Under the pieces are notes generated by a model. That model searched no databases. It saw only the letters and a program-made list of their open reading frames with translations, and was not told the DNA's origin. A DNA stretch of 64,000 nucleotides. It comes from Turneriella sp. Its GTDB lineage: Bacteria > Spirochaetota > Leptospiria > Turneriellales > Turneriellaceae. Positions 30,343 through 39,669 of this stretch are shown one piece after another; positions within the stretch are counted from its first letter, which is position 1; the number at the start of each line of letters is the position of its first letter. The stretch lies in assembly GCA_965279515.1 (NCBI GenBank), contig CBDIID010000003.1, positions 2,848,001-2,912,000 of the forward strand. Direction: 5' to 3'. The translations under genes and the position numbers were made by a program.

Positions 30343-31694
30343 GGTGTGCGTGAGGCTGCGTACAAGTACGCCGACTCCACCTGATCTGCCAAACCAATTC
30401 CGGAAAAGGCCCAGCCGGCAAAATGCACACCCTGGTGTTTTTCGAGCATGCCCTGGATCTCTTTTTTCCACTCACCGTAACCCGGGGCATAACGCGGAAT
30501 ACCGGGGTTATGGCGGAATACCTTGCTCCACAGCGGCTTGGTTCTAAATTTCAAAATACGCCCCAGCGATTCTTCGGCCAGGTCTGCGAGTTCGCCGTCT
30601 TTGAACAGGTCGCTGTCACCGGAGATCATGGTCTTCGTGAGAAACTGGCCTTCGGCCGCGCGCCCGGGAAAAACATTCGAGGCGAAGATCGTGCCGAGGA
30701 TAGCCGCGCGCTCTTTGCGCGGCACGAGAAAGCCGTAACCACCGGGTGAGAAATCCTTTTTGTTCCACGCGGCATAGACCACGTTGATCGGGGAGTATTT
30801 CAGCTCGCCGACCTTGCGTGAGAGCTCTTTGTCGTGGTCGCGCCAGATATATGAGAGATCTTCGCTGCCGATCGTGAAGACCACTTCGTCAAACGCCGCA
30901 TAGGGTTTGGCTTTCGAGCTTAAAACAGTGCGGCCGGATGCATCGCGATGGATACGCGCGATTTTATCTTTCACTGTTTCGACACCCATCTCGCCGAGGC
31001 GCGCGGTGAGCGCATTCGCTAATGTGCTCAGGCCGCCTTTGAAGCTGTAGATCCCCTTTTCAAAACTGACCCCGCCCAGTGCCTTGTCCCAGAATAATCT
31101 TCTCTCAGCGCCGTATTCCTTGAGGGCTGTTTTGAGCTTCGCGGTTTCGGTGATTTTGCGGTAAAGCCCGGGGAAAATGGATGAAAACTCGAGATCTTCG
31201 GCTTCACTGCCGAAAATGCCGCGTGCCATGGGTGACGCCAAATATTCCGCCGCGCTGAATCCCAATACATTACGCGCCGCGTCGAAAAGCGTAATCGTCG
31301 GCCAGAGTGAGAATTTTTTGCGCATCGCGAAGAAAATCTTGAACTTCTCGGGGAAAAACAGCAGCGAAGTGGTGATCAATCCGCCCGGCGATTTGGGTGC
31401 CGCGACTAAATAGCCGTCTTTCAGCACAAAACGTTTCGCGCTTTTTTTGTCTTCAAACAACAGCTCACCTTTCAGCCCCAGTTCTTGCGCTAATTGGTTA
31501 AAGAGGCCGGTGCGGTCGAGGTACGAATCGGGCCCGGGTTCAAGCTGTGCGCCCTCATGTATCTGCGTGGCGATATTGCCGCCGGGATTGCCCGGTTCAA
31601 AGAGACTGACGTCAGCATCGGGGAATTTCTTCTTCAGGTAGTATGCGTGGGTCAGGCCGGATATTCCGCCGCCAACGACTGCAATTCGGGCCAT
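30339..31694 (-). CDS. hemG: Protoporphyrinogen oxidase (HemY/HemG type)
   Basis: VVGGGISGL, EPGPDS, GYGFLVP, IPRYAPG. Confidence 0.9.
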   Translation of the reverse strand: MARIAVVGGGISGLTHAYYLKKKFPDADVSLFEPGNPGGNIATQIHEGAQLEPGPDSYLDRTGLFNQLAQELGLKGELLFEDKKSAKRFVLKDGYLVAAPKSPGGLITTSLLFFPEKFKIFFAMRKKFSLWPTITLFDAARNVLGFSAAEYLASPMARGIFGSEAEDLEFSSIFPGLYRKITETAKLKTALKEYGAERRLFWDKALGGVSFEKGIYSFKGGLSTLANALTARLGEMGVETVKDKIARIHRDASGRTVLSSKAKPYAAFDEVVFTIGSEDLSYIWRDHDKELSRKVGELKYSPINVVYAAWNKKDFSPGGYGFLVPRKERAAILGTIFASNVFPGRAAEGQFLTKTMISGDSDLFKDGELADLAEESLGRILKFRTKPLWSKVFRHNPGIPRYAPGYGEWKKEIQGMLEKHQGVHFAGWAFSGIGLADQVESAYLYAASRTP

Positions 31695-31791
31695 ACGTTG
31701 TGGCTTCGAAATTCGCACACCCTGACAATGAAAAAGCCATGGAAAACCAAAAATAGCTTTACAGAAAATAATGCAAATGGGGGGTTCAAAT

Positions 31792-32478
31792 ATGCTGCCC
31801 GCTACGGTCCGAGAAATTGCGGTAACCCCGATGGGGTTCGCCGCTGTGGTGAAACCCGAGTTTAAAGATAAGATTATTCCTATCTTTATCGGGCCATCGG
31901 AAGCCTATGCCATCTCAACCGTCTTACAAAATGAAAAGATGGAGCGTCCCGTCGGCGCCGATCTCATGCGCGCGCTGATCGAATCGTCAGGCGCGGGCCT
32001 CGGAAAAATCTTCATCAACGATTTCCACGGCGGCACATTTTTCGCCCGCATCTACGTTACCGGTAAACAATTCGAGGGCGGCGTGCTCGAGTTGGATGCC
32101 CGCCCCTCAGACGCCATTGCGCTCGCGGTACGTTTCCGCTCGCCGATTTACGTGGCAGAACATGTCTATGACCGCACGGCGATTGACCCCGTCACATTAC
32201 GCGAAGCCGACGGCGATGCCATACGCGCCTCGCAGGAAAGCACGGTCGACGATATATTAACCGCAGACGAGCGCGAAGAATTCTTCGAGGCGATTCTCGA
32301 AGAGTTCGGCGAGAAGAAAAAAGCACCGAAAGAGAAAAAAGAAACCACGCTCGAAAAAGTGAAATTCTTTTCACGCACCGAAGTGTTGCAGCAGATGTTG
32401 AAGACAGCATTGGACCGCGAAAAATACGAAGAAGCGGCCCGTTTGCGCGATGAGCTGAGATCAGAACCAAATAACTAA
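31792..32478 (+). CDS. Bifunctional nuclease (DUF151) with C-terminal UVR domain
   Basis: IPIFIG..EA, LDARPSDAIALA, EKYEEAARLRDE. Confidence 0.9.
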   Translation: MLPATVREIAVTPMGFAAVVKPEFKDKIIPIFIGPSEAYAISTVLQNEKMERPVGADLMRALIESSGAGLGKIFINDFHGGTFFARIYVTGKQFEGGVLELDARPSDAIALAVRFRSPIYVAEHVYDRTAIDPVTLREADGDAIRASQESTVDDILTADEREEFFEAILEEFGEKKKAPKEKKETTLEKVKFFSRTEVLQQMLKTALDREKYEEAARLRDELRSEPNN

Positions 32479-32598
32479 CGCCGCGCTGGCTCGGCTGTTG
32501 GCTGGTTGGTTGTGAAAGCCTTGAAGGCGGACGTTGCAGTTTCTTTGAGGTTCTCGAAATCTCATATTACTGGTGATGGCCGTTAGGGGCCCCTGAAT

Positions 32599-33480
32599 AT
32601 GATACGAAAAATCTTTAATCTAAATACAATCTCCGTTACCGGATGGTTCATCGGTGTTTTGGGTCTGGTGACATCGTTTTATTTCTATTACGAATCAGTG
32701 AAGGCGCGCGAGCCTTATTTTCTTACTGCAGAAAGCGCCGTTCCGTTAACAGAGATATTTGATACGGGCAAGCAGACGACGAAGAGATCTAACCAGATTT
32801 CCGTCTTTTGGCGCACCAATGAGAATAAGATGACGGAAATTACCGGTAATATTTACGTCCTAAGGGTTTACTTTTGGAACAACGGAAAAGAGTCAATCAA
32901 GCAAGAGAATCTATTGTCGCCAATGACAATCTTCTCAGAAAATCCAGCAAACAGGCTATTAAGTGCGAATCTGATCAAGGCATCCCGGCCGGAAATTAAT
33001 GCAGTAAAAATCTCTCAAAACGGCAAAGAAAATTCCATCAATTTTCAATTTCGGATTTTGGAGCAAAAAGAAGGCTTTTGTGCTCAGATTATTTATGTAG
33101 GACATTCCGATCATAAAATTAAATTCAGAGGTGAAATCGAAGGTGTTACTCAAGTCACAACAGATAATCGCAGCAGCATTTTGACACGAACCGCAATTGG
33201 CATTGGCCTTTTAATAGCCATATTTGTAATCGGTGCAATAGTCGTTTTGGGTTTTCTTTTTTTGTTTTACAAGACAGTCTTGCAAATCCTTCGCCTATTA
33301 TTTAGATTATTCAAGAAAAAGCTTTTTGCTCGTTGGCATAAGTCTGTTAAAAAGAACCCGGAAGCTCTCTTTAGCATAACCATGATTCTTGGCGCCATAA
33401 TTATGCTTGTTCATATGCTGGCCACAAGACTACCTATCGAATCCGCAAGCATCCCAGAGTCGATTCGAATTGAGAAATAG
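32599..33480 (+). CDS. Hypothetical membrane protein (AT-rich, cassette-like)
   Basis: N-terminal TM, beta-rich domain (FWNNGKESI), C-terminal TMs; preceded by GTTAGGG at 32582. Confidence 0.75.
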   Translation: MIRKIFNLNTISVTGWFIGVLGLVTSFYFYYESVKAREPYFLTAESAVPLTEIFDTGKQTTKRSNQISVFWRTNENKMTEITGNIYVLRVYFWNNGKESIKQENLLSPMTIFSENPANRLLSANLIKASRPEINAVKISQNGKENSINFQFRILEQKEGFCAQIIYVGHSDHKIKFRGEIEGVTQVTTDNRSSILTRTAIGIGLLIAIFVIGAIVVLGFLFLFYKTVLQILRLLFRLFKKKLFARWHKSVKKNPEALFSITMILGAIIMLVHMLATRLPIESASIPESIRIEK

Positions 33481-33485
33481 CCAAC

Positions 33486-33605
33486 GACATCTAAAGAAAT
33501 TTACCTGCAGCGCGTGCTGGAGTGCCTCGGGCAGATTGATTGTCATAGAATGACTTTACGGAGCACGAAATTGAACAAAGAGTCACCCGTCATCAGCTAT
33601 ATGCC
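33486..33605 (+). mobile_element. Degenerate attC-like site
   Basis: TAGCCAACG...ACCTGC.GC matches the 3' flank of the 37541 gene at 24/34 nt; GACATCTAAA and GCTATATGCC are imperfectly complementary ends. Confidence 0.35.
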
Positions 33606-33635
33606 ACCTTATCTCGAATAAGGCGCTAATATGTC

Positions 33636-34628
33636 ATGAAGAATACGTTGATTATTACAGGAGCTGGCTCAAATACAATTTATGGATTTCCTACAGGGAT
33701 GCAGCTACGAACAGGCTTAATTCGGTCTACAACGAGCCTTTGGGATACCTATTTTTCTAGATCGACCGACAAAAATAAATTTCAGATACGGGAAAAGGTA
33801 ATCAAAGAAATTGAAACCTTTACGGAAAAATTTAAGAATTCCAGCTTCAATTCGATCGATAACTTTTTGAATGTCAACCAGGAACTTGGTCCAGTGGGCA
33901 AGTTCGCTATTTTTTTAGCAATATGCAATGCCGAAATGAATAGTAAGTTTCGAGAAGAGTTATCGAATCCTTCGGATGATTGGCTTTTTTGGATATTTAA
34001 TAAATTTATGGCACCTGCGATTATGAGCCCTCATCCCGGTCAAGCCCTAGAACAACTTAACTTCAGATTTATCACTTTCAATTATGATCGGACCCTTGAG
34101 TGGTTTTTTTCCGATTCTATATTGAACGCAATAGCAAGAGATGCAGCTGGCGAATATGTGCAAACGGCTCTGCCTAACCTGCCGTTCTTAGATATTATTC
34201 ACATGTACGGGCGCTTAGCGCCTCTGCCTTTTCAAGAGGTTTTCAATCCATTCCAACCTTATCTACAAAGATCCGCAGTTTTACCCTTTGGTATCTTGCC
34301 CAATGAGCCAATTGGGACATTTACGGGCAATATTCGCCTGATTGGTGAAAGGTTGGCAGCTCAGACGGAAAAGCTTGCGGAAGTTTTCGCATGGGCAGAA
34401 CATATTTTCTTTCTAGGGTTTGGCTTTGACGACCAAAATATTCTTGCGCTTAACCTACGAAATAATCTGAGGCCAAAACATAGTATTTTTGCGACTTGCT
34501 ACGGCCTTGTCGATCGAGAGATTCAAGATATAACAAACTCAATGATTCGATTTGGTTTACCTGGTGAGAAAGTACAAATGTCTACAGAAAGTATCCTCGT
34601 AACCCTTAGGAGGCATATTTCTTTATAG
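33636..34628 (+). CDS. Stand-alone SIR2-like domain protein
   Basis: IITGAGS..YGFPTG, FITFNYDRTLE, IIHMYG, FFLGFGFDDQN; AT-rich. Confidence 0.8.
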   Translation: MKNTLIITGAGSNTIYGFPTGMQLRTGLIRSTTSLWDTYFSRSTDKNKFQIREKVIKEIETFTEKFKNSSFNSIDNFLNVNQELGPVGKFAIFLAICNAEMNSKFREELSNPSDDWLFWIFNKFMAPAIMSPHPGQALEQLNFRFITFNYDRTLEWFFSDSILNAIARDAAGEYVQTALPNLPFLDIIHMYGRLAPLPFQEVFNPFQPYLQRSAVLPFGILPNEPIGTFTGNIRLIGERLAAQTEKLAEVFAWAEHIFFLGFGFDDQNILALNLRNNLRPKHSIFATCYGLVDREIQDITNSMIRFGLPGEKVQMSTESILVTLRRHISL

Positions 34629-34636
34629 CGCTTTAC

Positions 34637-34884
34637 TTCAGAAAACAAAATTTTTCCGCTGCTCGCTGCGGTGCTTAGCTCCTCCGAAGGCGAACACTCG
34701 GCGACCCCTCATCGCGCGTGCTCCCTAAGGGGAGATTCGCTTCGCTCATCGCGGACGACGCGCATACCGGGAGGTGTGTTTTTGCTCATCGCCGCGAGCA
34801 CGTTTTTTGCCGCGAATCGGCTTTACAAAATGACTAAATGGTGCAGGCGTCAAAAGCGTCGATGTAAAATCCACGTTGTCTGAA
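34637..34884 (+). mobile_element. Long attC-like recombination site
   Basis: TTCAGAAAAC (34637-34646) and GTTGTCTGAA (34875-34884) are 9/10 complementary; inner ATTTTTCC / TGTAAAAT; internal hairpins. Confidence 0.6.
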
Positions 34885-35101
34885 ATAATTGCGCTCCATT
34901 GCTTCGTCGCCTTCCGTGGCGACGCGGCGATTCGCCTATCCATATTTATTATCTAAGAACTTACTCCACACGAAAGATCGAGGGGTTCCCGATCCCTACT
35001 ATGTAAAGCCTGTTTTCAAGGGACAGAATGACTCATTTTAGGAAGTTATCGTCGCAAAGGTCTTTTTTTAAGGTTATAAATATATGCAGAAACACCCGAG
35101 A

Positions 35102-36010
35102 ATGAAAAATATCCGGCGAAGTATCTTAATAGGTATGCTGGCACTGGCAATTCCGTGCGCGACGTACGCGCGAACCCCAGAGGCTCGGGTTCCGCGAATG
35201 AACCCCGTGAAGAGCAACACCAACACCAGGAATGAGACAGCAAAAAAATACAATCTCCAACCCACGGAGATCAGTACGACAGTTCAGGAAGCACTGAGCG
35301 GCCGATATAAGGCGCACGTTGGTGATTTAGATCTGAGTGATCTTACCTCATCTGCAGGGTTGCAGCTTCCTGAAATCATTCATGGTACCCTAAACCTCAG
35401 TAGCCTCACGTCAGGCAAGGGGTTAAAGCTACCCAAAATACTTCACGGCAACTTGTTCCTCAGTAACCTCGCGTCAGCGCAAGAACTACAGTTGCCAGAA
35501 TCCCTTCACGGTACCTTGTATCTCAGTAGCCTCACGTCAGACCAAGGGTTGCAGCTGCCTAAAGACTTTCGCGGGGGCTTAGACCTCAGTAGTCTCAAAT
35601 TAGCAGAAAGTTTGCAGTTGCCAGAAACCTTGCACGGTAGCTTATTTCTCACTGCGCTGAGAGCAGCCAAAGGATTGCAATTGCCGAAAACCCTTCACGG
35701 TAGCTTACATCTCAGCGGTCTCGTTTCAGCGAAATGGTTGATCTTGCCAGAAACCGTTCATGGTAACTTATATCTCCCTAATATCTCATCGGCCCAAGGA
35801 TTGAAGTTACCGGAAATCATTCACGGTAGCATATACCTCAGTCGCCTCTCGTCAGCCGAGGGGTTGCAATATCCAAGAACCATAGACGGCCGCATCGATA
35901 TTAGTCGCATCAGGTCAGCCCAAGGACTTCGCCTTCCATCGAGTCTGAAGAACAAGGTGCTGCTGCCGCGCGGAATATCTCCGGAATGGATTCCGGAAGA
36001 TCCTCAGTAA
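35102..36010 (+). CDS. Secreted protein with ten 21-aa leucine-rich tandem repeats
   Basis: Signal peptide, then LxLSxLxSAxGLxLPxxLHGx repeated ten times (63-bp period). Confidence 0.85.
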   Translation: MKNIRRSILIGMLALAIPCATYARTPEARVPRMNPVKSNTNTRNETAKKYNLQPTEISTTVQEALSGRYKAHVGDLDLSDLTSSAGLQLPEIIHGTLNLSSLTSGKGLKLPKILHGNLFLSNLASAQELQLPESLHGTLYLSSLTSDQGLQLPKDFRGGLDLSSLKLAESLQLPETLHGSLFLTALRAAKGLQLPKTLHGSLHLSGLVSAKWLILPETVHGNLYLPNISSAQGLKLPEIIHGSIYLSRLSSAEGLQYPRTIDGRIDISRIRSAQGLRLPSSLKNKVLLPRGISPEWIPEDPQ

Positions 36011-36014
36011 AAAC

Positions 36015-36120
36015 CTGTTGCGAACAATGCGGTGCCGTTGCTCCTTGCGAGGACGGAGACGCGGCTTCGCTTCGTCGCGCGTGCTCCCTAGGGGGAGACT
36101 TGCTTCGTGCGGCGCACTTA
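36015..36120 (+). mobile_element. Partial attC-like site
   Basis: 36075-36098 matches 34712-34735 at 23/24 nt; no recognisable right end. Confidence 0.45.
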
Positions 36121-36158
36121 TGCTCTCACGATGCCCAGCTAATTGACAGTAGGCAAGG

Positions 36159-37076
36159 TCAGATTCTATATCCGATAGAAAAACGGACGCCCACGTCGTT
36201 TGGGAAGATAACTGAGTATTGATAGACGTAAGTCCCTGAGCTATTGATGCTTCCGGCGTAATCTGCCAGCGAATATGAATCCGTAAAATTCGTCGTTGAG
36301 GTTGTTGTTTTCCCGTTCGCATAGGTAGATTTAGAGATTCTTGATTTCCCATTATTTGTTGCCATTGTCAGAAGAACTGACACCGCAACCGAAACATAAA
36401 TTCTACTGGAAATCGCATATTGATATCCTATCCCCAACGCGAGGCCAGGGGCTAAGTTATAACCACTAATCGTTTCGGTTTTGTAGTCTGCAGCAGATGA
36501 GTAAGGGGTTTGAATGGAATGGGACTCCCACTCGCCATTAATATTGAAGGGTAAAATCAAAGCAAAACCCAGATTAGCGAACAAGAGGCCTTGGAACAAC
36601 TCAAACTGAGGCCTTAGCCCCAGCAAAAATGCGTTTGAGGATAGCCGCTCCTGCCCCTGCCCTTCTCCAGTATACATAGCAGGAGAAATAACGTAATAAT
36701 AACTTTTCCCAGACCAGCTGAAACGTCTATGCTCGTACCCTACAACCAAGCCAAGATTCTGATGCCACATATAACCGACATGGATGCCCGTCGTAAATCC
36801 GGCGGTATTTGGATACGCGTAATTAAGCTTCGTATTATTGTCAATTGATGAAAGTGAATTATCCGGACTCGGTGATGTCGGTGCTTGTAAATACCCATAC
36901 TGACCAAAGGCTTCTATGAAAAAGGAGCGACGATCTGGGTTATTCTCCGAGTTCATCGGTGTCGTATGTGGCGCTTCATTGGGTATCGGCCCTTGATCTT
37001 GCCTTTTCTCCTGAGTATCCGTATCTAGCGCCTTCAGAGGCAGGAGGGGTATAAACGCGGCAAAAAAGATAGTCAT
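36159..37076 (-). CDS. Outer-membrane beta-barrel-like protein
   Basis: Signal-like start, alternating amphipathic strands, C-terminal VGVRFSIGYRI; start codon uncertain. Confidence 0.7.
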   Translation of the reverse strand: MTIFFAAFIPLLPLKALDTDTQEKRQDQGPIPNEAPHTTPMNSENNPDRRSFFIEAFGQYGYLQAPTSPSPDNSLSSIDNNTKLNYAYPNTAGFTTGIHVGYMWHQNLGLVVGYEHRRFSWSGKSYYYVISPAMYTGEGQGQERLSSNAFLLGLRPQFELFQGLLFANLGFALILPFNINGEWESHSIQTPYSSAADYKTETISGYNLAPGLALGIGYQYAISSRIYVSVAVSVLLTMATNNGKSRISKSTYANGKTTTSTTNFTDSYSLADYAGSINSSGTYVYQYSVIFPNDVGVRFSIGYRI

Positions 37077-37396
37077 TGATTGTTTGATAAGCGTTGTCAA
37101 ATTTCGGTTTAGCATCGCCGATCGCATTTCGCGGCGCAGACATGCTGTCATCTCGTATGACCAGCTATCAATCTTAGATTCGGTGCAAACCAGCCTTGCC
37201 AATAATTGCTCTCCGAAATACGCGAGTAGCTGAAGTCATCATATGGAGAGGCAAGATATTGCGCCTAAGTCAGGAACCGACAACAAGTTATGTTCCGCCT
37301 ATGAATCCTGATTTTCAGCGAGAAAAACCCCAGTGATAGGCAGTTAAGCCCAGGCTTCGCGCACCCCACCTAGCTGCGCCCACAGGCCCAACTACA

Positions 37397-37516
37397 TCAG
37401 ACAACAAATTTTACGCGCGTCGCCACAATCGCATTTTTTCTACCCGAATCGGCTTTACAAATTGATGAATTGACACGGGGGTCGAGACACGGCAGCGTAA
37501 AAACACATTGCAAGCC
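37397..37516 (+). mobile_element. attC-like recombination site
   Basis: TCAGACAAC, inner TTTTACGC / GCGTAAAA, right end ATTGCAAGCC; CGAATCGGCTTTACAAA is shared 17/17 with 34813-34829. Confidence 0.6.
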
Positions 37517-37540
37517 ATGGGCCAAGGTACATTCTATACA

Positions 37541-38215
37541 ATGAAAAGACATAAGAACTTCTTTCGCTATTTGTTTCTCTTAATCATGCTGACCTCCCCT
37601 GGCACCGCCATCGAAGTCATGGCCCTGTCCAAAGGCACCTTGAATGTGAGAGCTGGTTCCCTTGAAAGTAGTAAGATAGTGGGTAAGCTACCCCAGGGTG
37701 CATTGATGAGCCTGCTGGACCGCAGCAAATCTACTTATCAAATCGATAGATTAAAAGATAATTGGTGCAAGATCCGCCATTTACAAACGGAGGGTTGGGT
37801 TTTTTGCGCCTATATCGGCCGGTACTATCGGCAAAAAAAAGACGATTTTGGTCCACGCACTTATTTGCCCGACGAAAGTCAAATTCTGCATGCAAAAACG
37901 ACCCACACAGAACCTCAGGGAGAGAATCGCTCCGTAGGTTCTGAATCATCTACCATCACCACGTATAAGAATGGCATTGTGCACACCGCGATTTCACAGT
38001 ATGAAGGTGGTGAGGATTTGTTTTTTTTTCCGGAAGCAAACTTATATGAAGGCTTCCTCATGATTCAAGGACTTGCGCCAGGCGTAGAAGCTTTGGATTG
38101 GCAAAATCAAAAAATGAAGAATGGCGTGATAGAATTTCAGCATGGAGGCAATGGAACGGTATCCGTGCGACGTAAAGGAAACGGTATAGAGATTCGGTCC
38201 ATATGGGGTGCGTAG
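37541..38215 (+). CDS. Secreted SH3b-domain protein
   Basis: Signal peptide, LNVRAGS...WCKI...EGWVFCAYI. Confidence 0.8.
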   Translation: MKRHKNFFRYLFLLIMLTSPGTAIEVMALSKGTLNVRAGSLESSKIVGKLPQGALMSLLDRSKSTYQIDRLKDNWCKIRHLQTEGWVFCAYIGRYYRQKKDDFGPRTYLPDESQILHAKTTHTEPQGENRSVGSESSTITTYKNGIVHTAISQYEGGEDLFFFPEANLYEGFLMIQGLAPGVEALDWQNQKMKNGVIEFQHGGNGTVSVRRKGNGIEIRSIWGA

Positions 38216-38220
38216 CCAAC

Positions 38221-38315
38221 GGCCTACAACAAAACTGACCTGCGGCACCAAACGACCATGTTTGGTGAAAACGCTCAAAATCCAAATCAGCGCGAAACTT
38301 CGGAAGGCCGCAGGT
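38221..38315 (+). mobile_element. Partial attC-like site
   Basis: GGCCTACAAC then ACCTGCGGC (38238-38246) / GCCGCAGGT (38307-38315); no clear GTT right end. Confidence 0.45.
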
Positions 38316-38524
38316 GCCTTCCGCGAAAAAATCTATGGAGCTTTTTCTACGACGCCCGCTTGCTTGCAATAGAAATCTGCTTTTGCATTGTTCAGGCGGA
38401 GCGTTTAAGAACGCCTTTACAGGCCATTTTCGACCCCTGATTCGATCCGCAAAAGCTCAGGAGCTGCCTATGTTCACGTCAATTTTCCGGAGGAAAACAA
38501 TATGAAGACATAAGGAGTATGTAA

Positions 38525-38965
38525 ATGAAATTTATCCCTATAAAATCCGATTCCCATGAAATCTCGGAATTCAGAAAAGATGATACTGTCGAAGCCGTCG
38601 TAACAAGCGTACTACAAATGTATGACGCGAACGGGCAACCGCCCGCGGAACCCTGGGTTGCCTATCTCTGTGTGCAGAATGACAAAGTGTTAGGTACCTG
38701 CGCCTTCAAGTCGCCGCCGCAAAATGGCCAAGTCGAGATCGCCTACTTCGTTTTTCCCGAATACGAGCGAAAGGGCCTCGGAACCCTGTTTGCCGCTTTC
38801 CTGGTCACCCAGGCACGCCTGACCTCGCCCCAGATGCGCATCACGGCAGAGACGCTGCCAGAAAAGAATGCCTCGACGCAGATACTCGAGCGGCTCAATT
38901 TTGAAAAGCGGGGTGAGTATATGCACCCGGAGGATGGCAGGGTCTGGCAATGGGTACGCCGATGA
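38525..38965 (+). CDS. GNAT (RimJ-like) N-acetyltransferase
   Basis: VEIAYFVFPEYERKGLGT, NASTQILERLNF. Confidence 0.88.
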   Translation: MKFIPIKSDSHEISEFRKDDTVEAVVTSVLQMYDANGQPPAEPWVAYLCVQNDKVLGTCAFKSPPQNGQVEIAYFVFPEYERKGLGTLFAAFLVTQARLTSPQMRITAETLPEKNASTQILERLNFEKRGEYMHPEDGRVWQWVRR

Positions 38966-39003
38966 CGGACAGCATGTGCCGTCTTCCCTGAGGATTCAGG
39001 TTG

Positions 39004-39039
39004 CCCCTCTCCACACCAGTGGGGAGGGCCAGGGGGTGG
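39004..39039. repeat. REP-like palindromic element
   Basis: CCCTCTCCAC-ACCA-GTGGGGAGGG-CCA-GGGGGTGG. Confidence 0.7.
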
Positions 39040-39040
39040 A

Positions 39041-39376
39041 TTATCTAACCTCTTTTTCCAAGATGGCTTTAATATATCTTTGGTAAGAAGAATAACCTGT
39101 TCTTTTCGCTTTCAGTTTAATTTTCTTCAATACAGCAGGTTTGAACCGAATAGATATCTGTTCCTCACGTTCATGCGGCTTCTTCGCAGGACGGCCCACT
39201 TTCCGGATGCCTGTAGGGCGAAGTCTAAGGTAGGTCTCTTTAGAAACCGGCTTAAAAGACGAGAGCTGAGTTTCCGTTAAATCTGGCAAGTTTTCAAAAT
39301 CATAATCCTTCCAGGAATTTTTCTTCTGCTTTGGTGATTTTGCGCGCAGAGATAATGCGGATTCTTTCTTCATCAT
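39041..39376 (-). CDS. brnA: BrnA-family antitoxin
   Basis: VGRP, QISIRFKPAVL, YQRYIKAIL ribbon-helix-helix; overlaps brnT. Confidence 0.85.
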   Translation of the reverse strand: MMKKESALSLRAKSPKQKKNSWKDYDFENLPDLTETQLSSFKPVSKETYLRLRPTGIRKVGRPAKKPHEREEQISIRFKPAVLKKIKLKAKRTGYSSYQRYIKAILEKEVR

Positions 39377-39584
39377 TTTCCCTCACTCTGTAACAGTGAA
39401 CAACCAATAAGTGATTTCCTTTTTTCGAGTGCCCAATGGCAATAAATCTCTGCTCTGCAGCGGGCTTTGCATCCTCAGAAAGTAAATAGTCAGATTGTTC
39501 AAAAACCGTGACGGCTTCCTCAAAGCTAACGTGATGATTCTTTTGATTTGAGATATTCTTGGTTTCATCCCATTCATAGAGCAT
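39300..39584 (-). CDS. brnT: BrnT-family ribonuclease toxin
   Basis: YEWDETKNISNQKNHHVSFEEA, RFIAIG, RIISARK. Confidence 0.92.
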   Translation of the reverse strand: MLYEWDETKNISNQKNHHVSFEEAVTVFEQSDYLLSEDAKPAAEQRFIAIGHSKKGNHLLVVHCYRVRENDEERIRIISARKITKAEEKFLEGL

Positions 39585-39669
39585 TTAATTTACGTATATA
39601 CAGTAATTAAACTGGTCTGGATTGTCAATTTAAATCACTGGTGAGCCAAATGGGTGCGATTGCCCAATC

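Noticed and set aside
32474..32588. CTAACG...CGTTAG as a complete attC after the DUF151 gene
   Set aside because: Only the end boxes match and no inner pairing is evident; kept only as a possible left boundary of the island.
35320..35960. 63-bp periodic repeats resembling a CRISPR array
   Set aside because: Degenerate, in-frame coding repeats with no unique spacers and no cas genes.
38502..38524. Mini-ORFs MKT* and ATG-TAA with SD-like sites before the GNAT gene
   Set aside because: Too short to distinguish from chance or a gene remnant.
39300..39376. 77-nt overlap between brnT and brnA suggesting a frameshift
   Set aside because: Both frames are intact, and such overlaps are ordinary for compact TA pairs.
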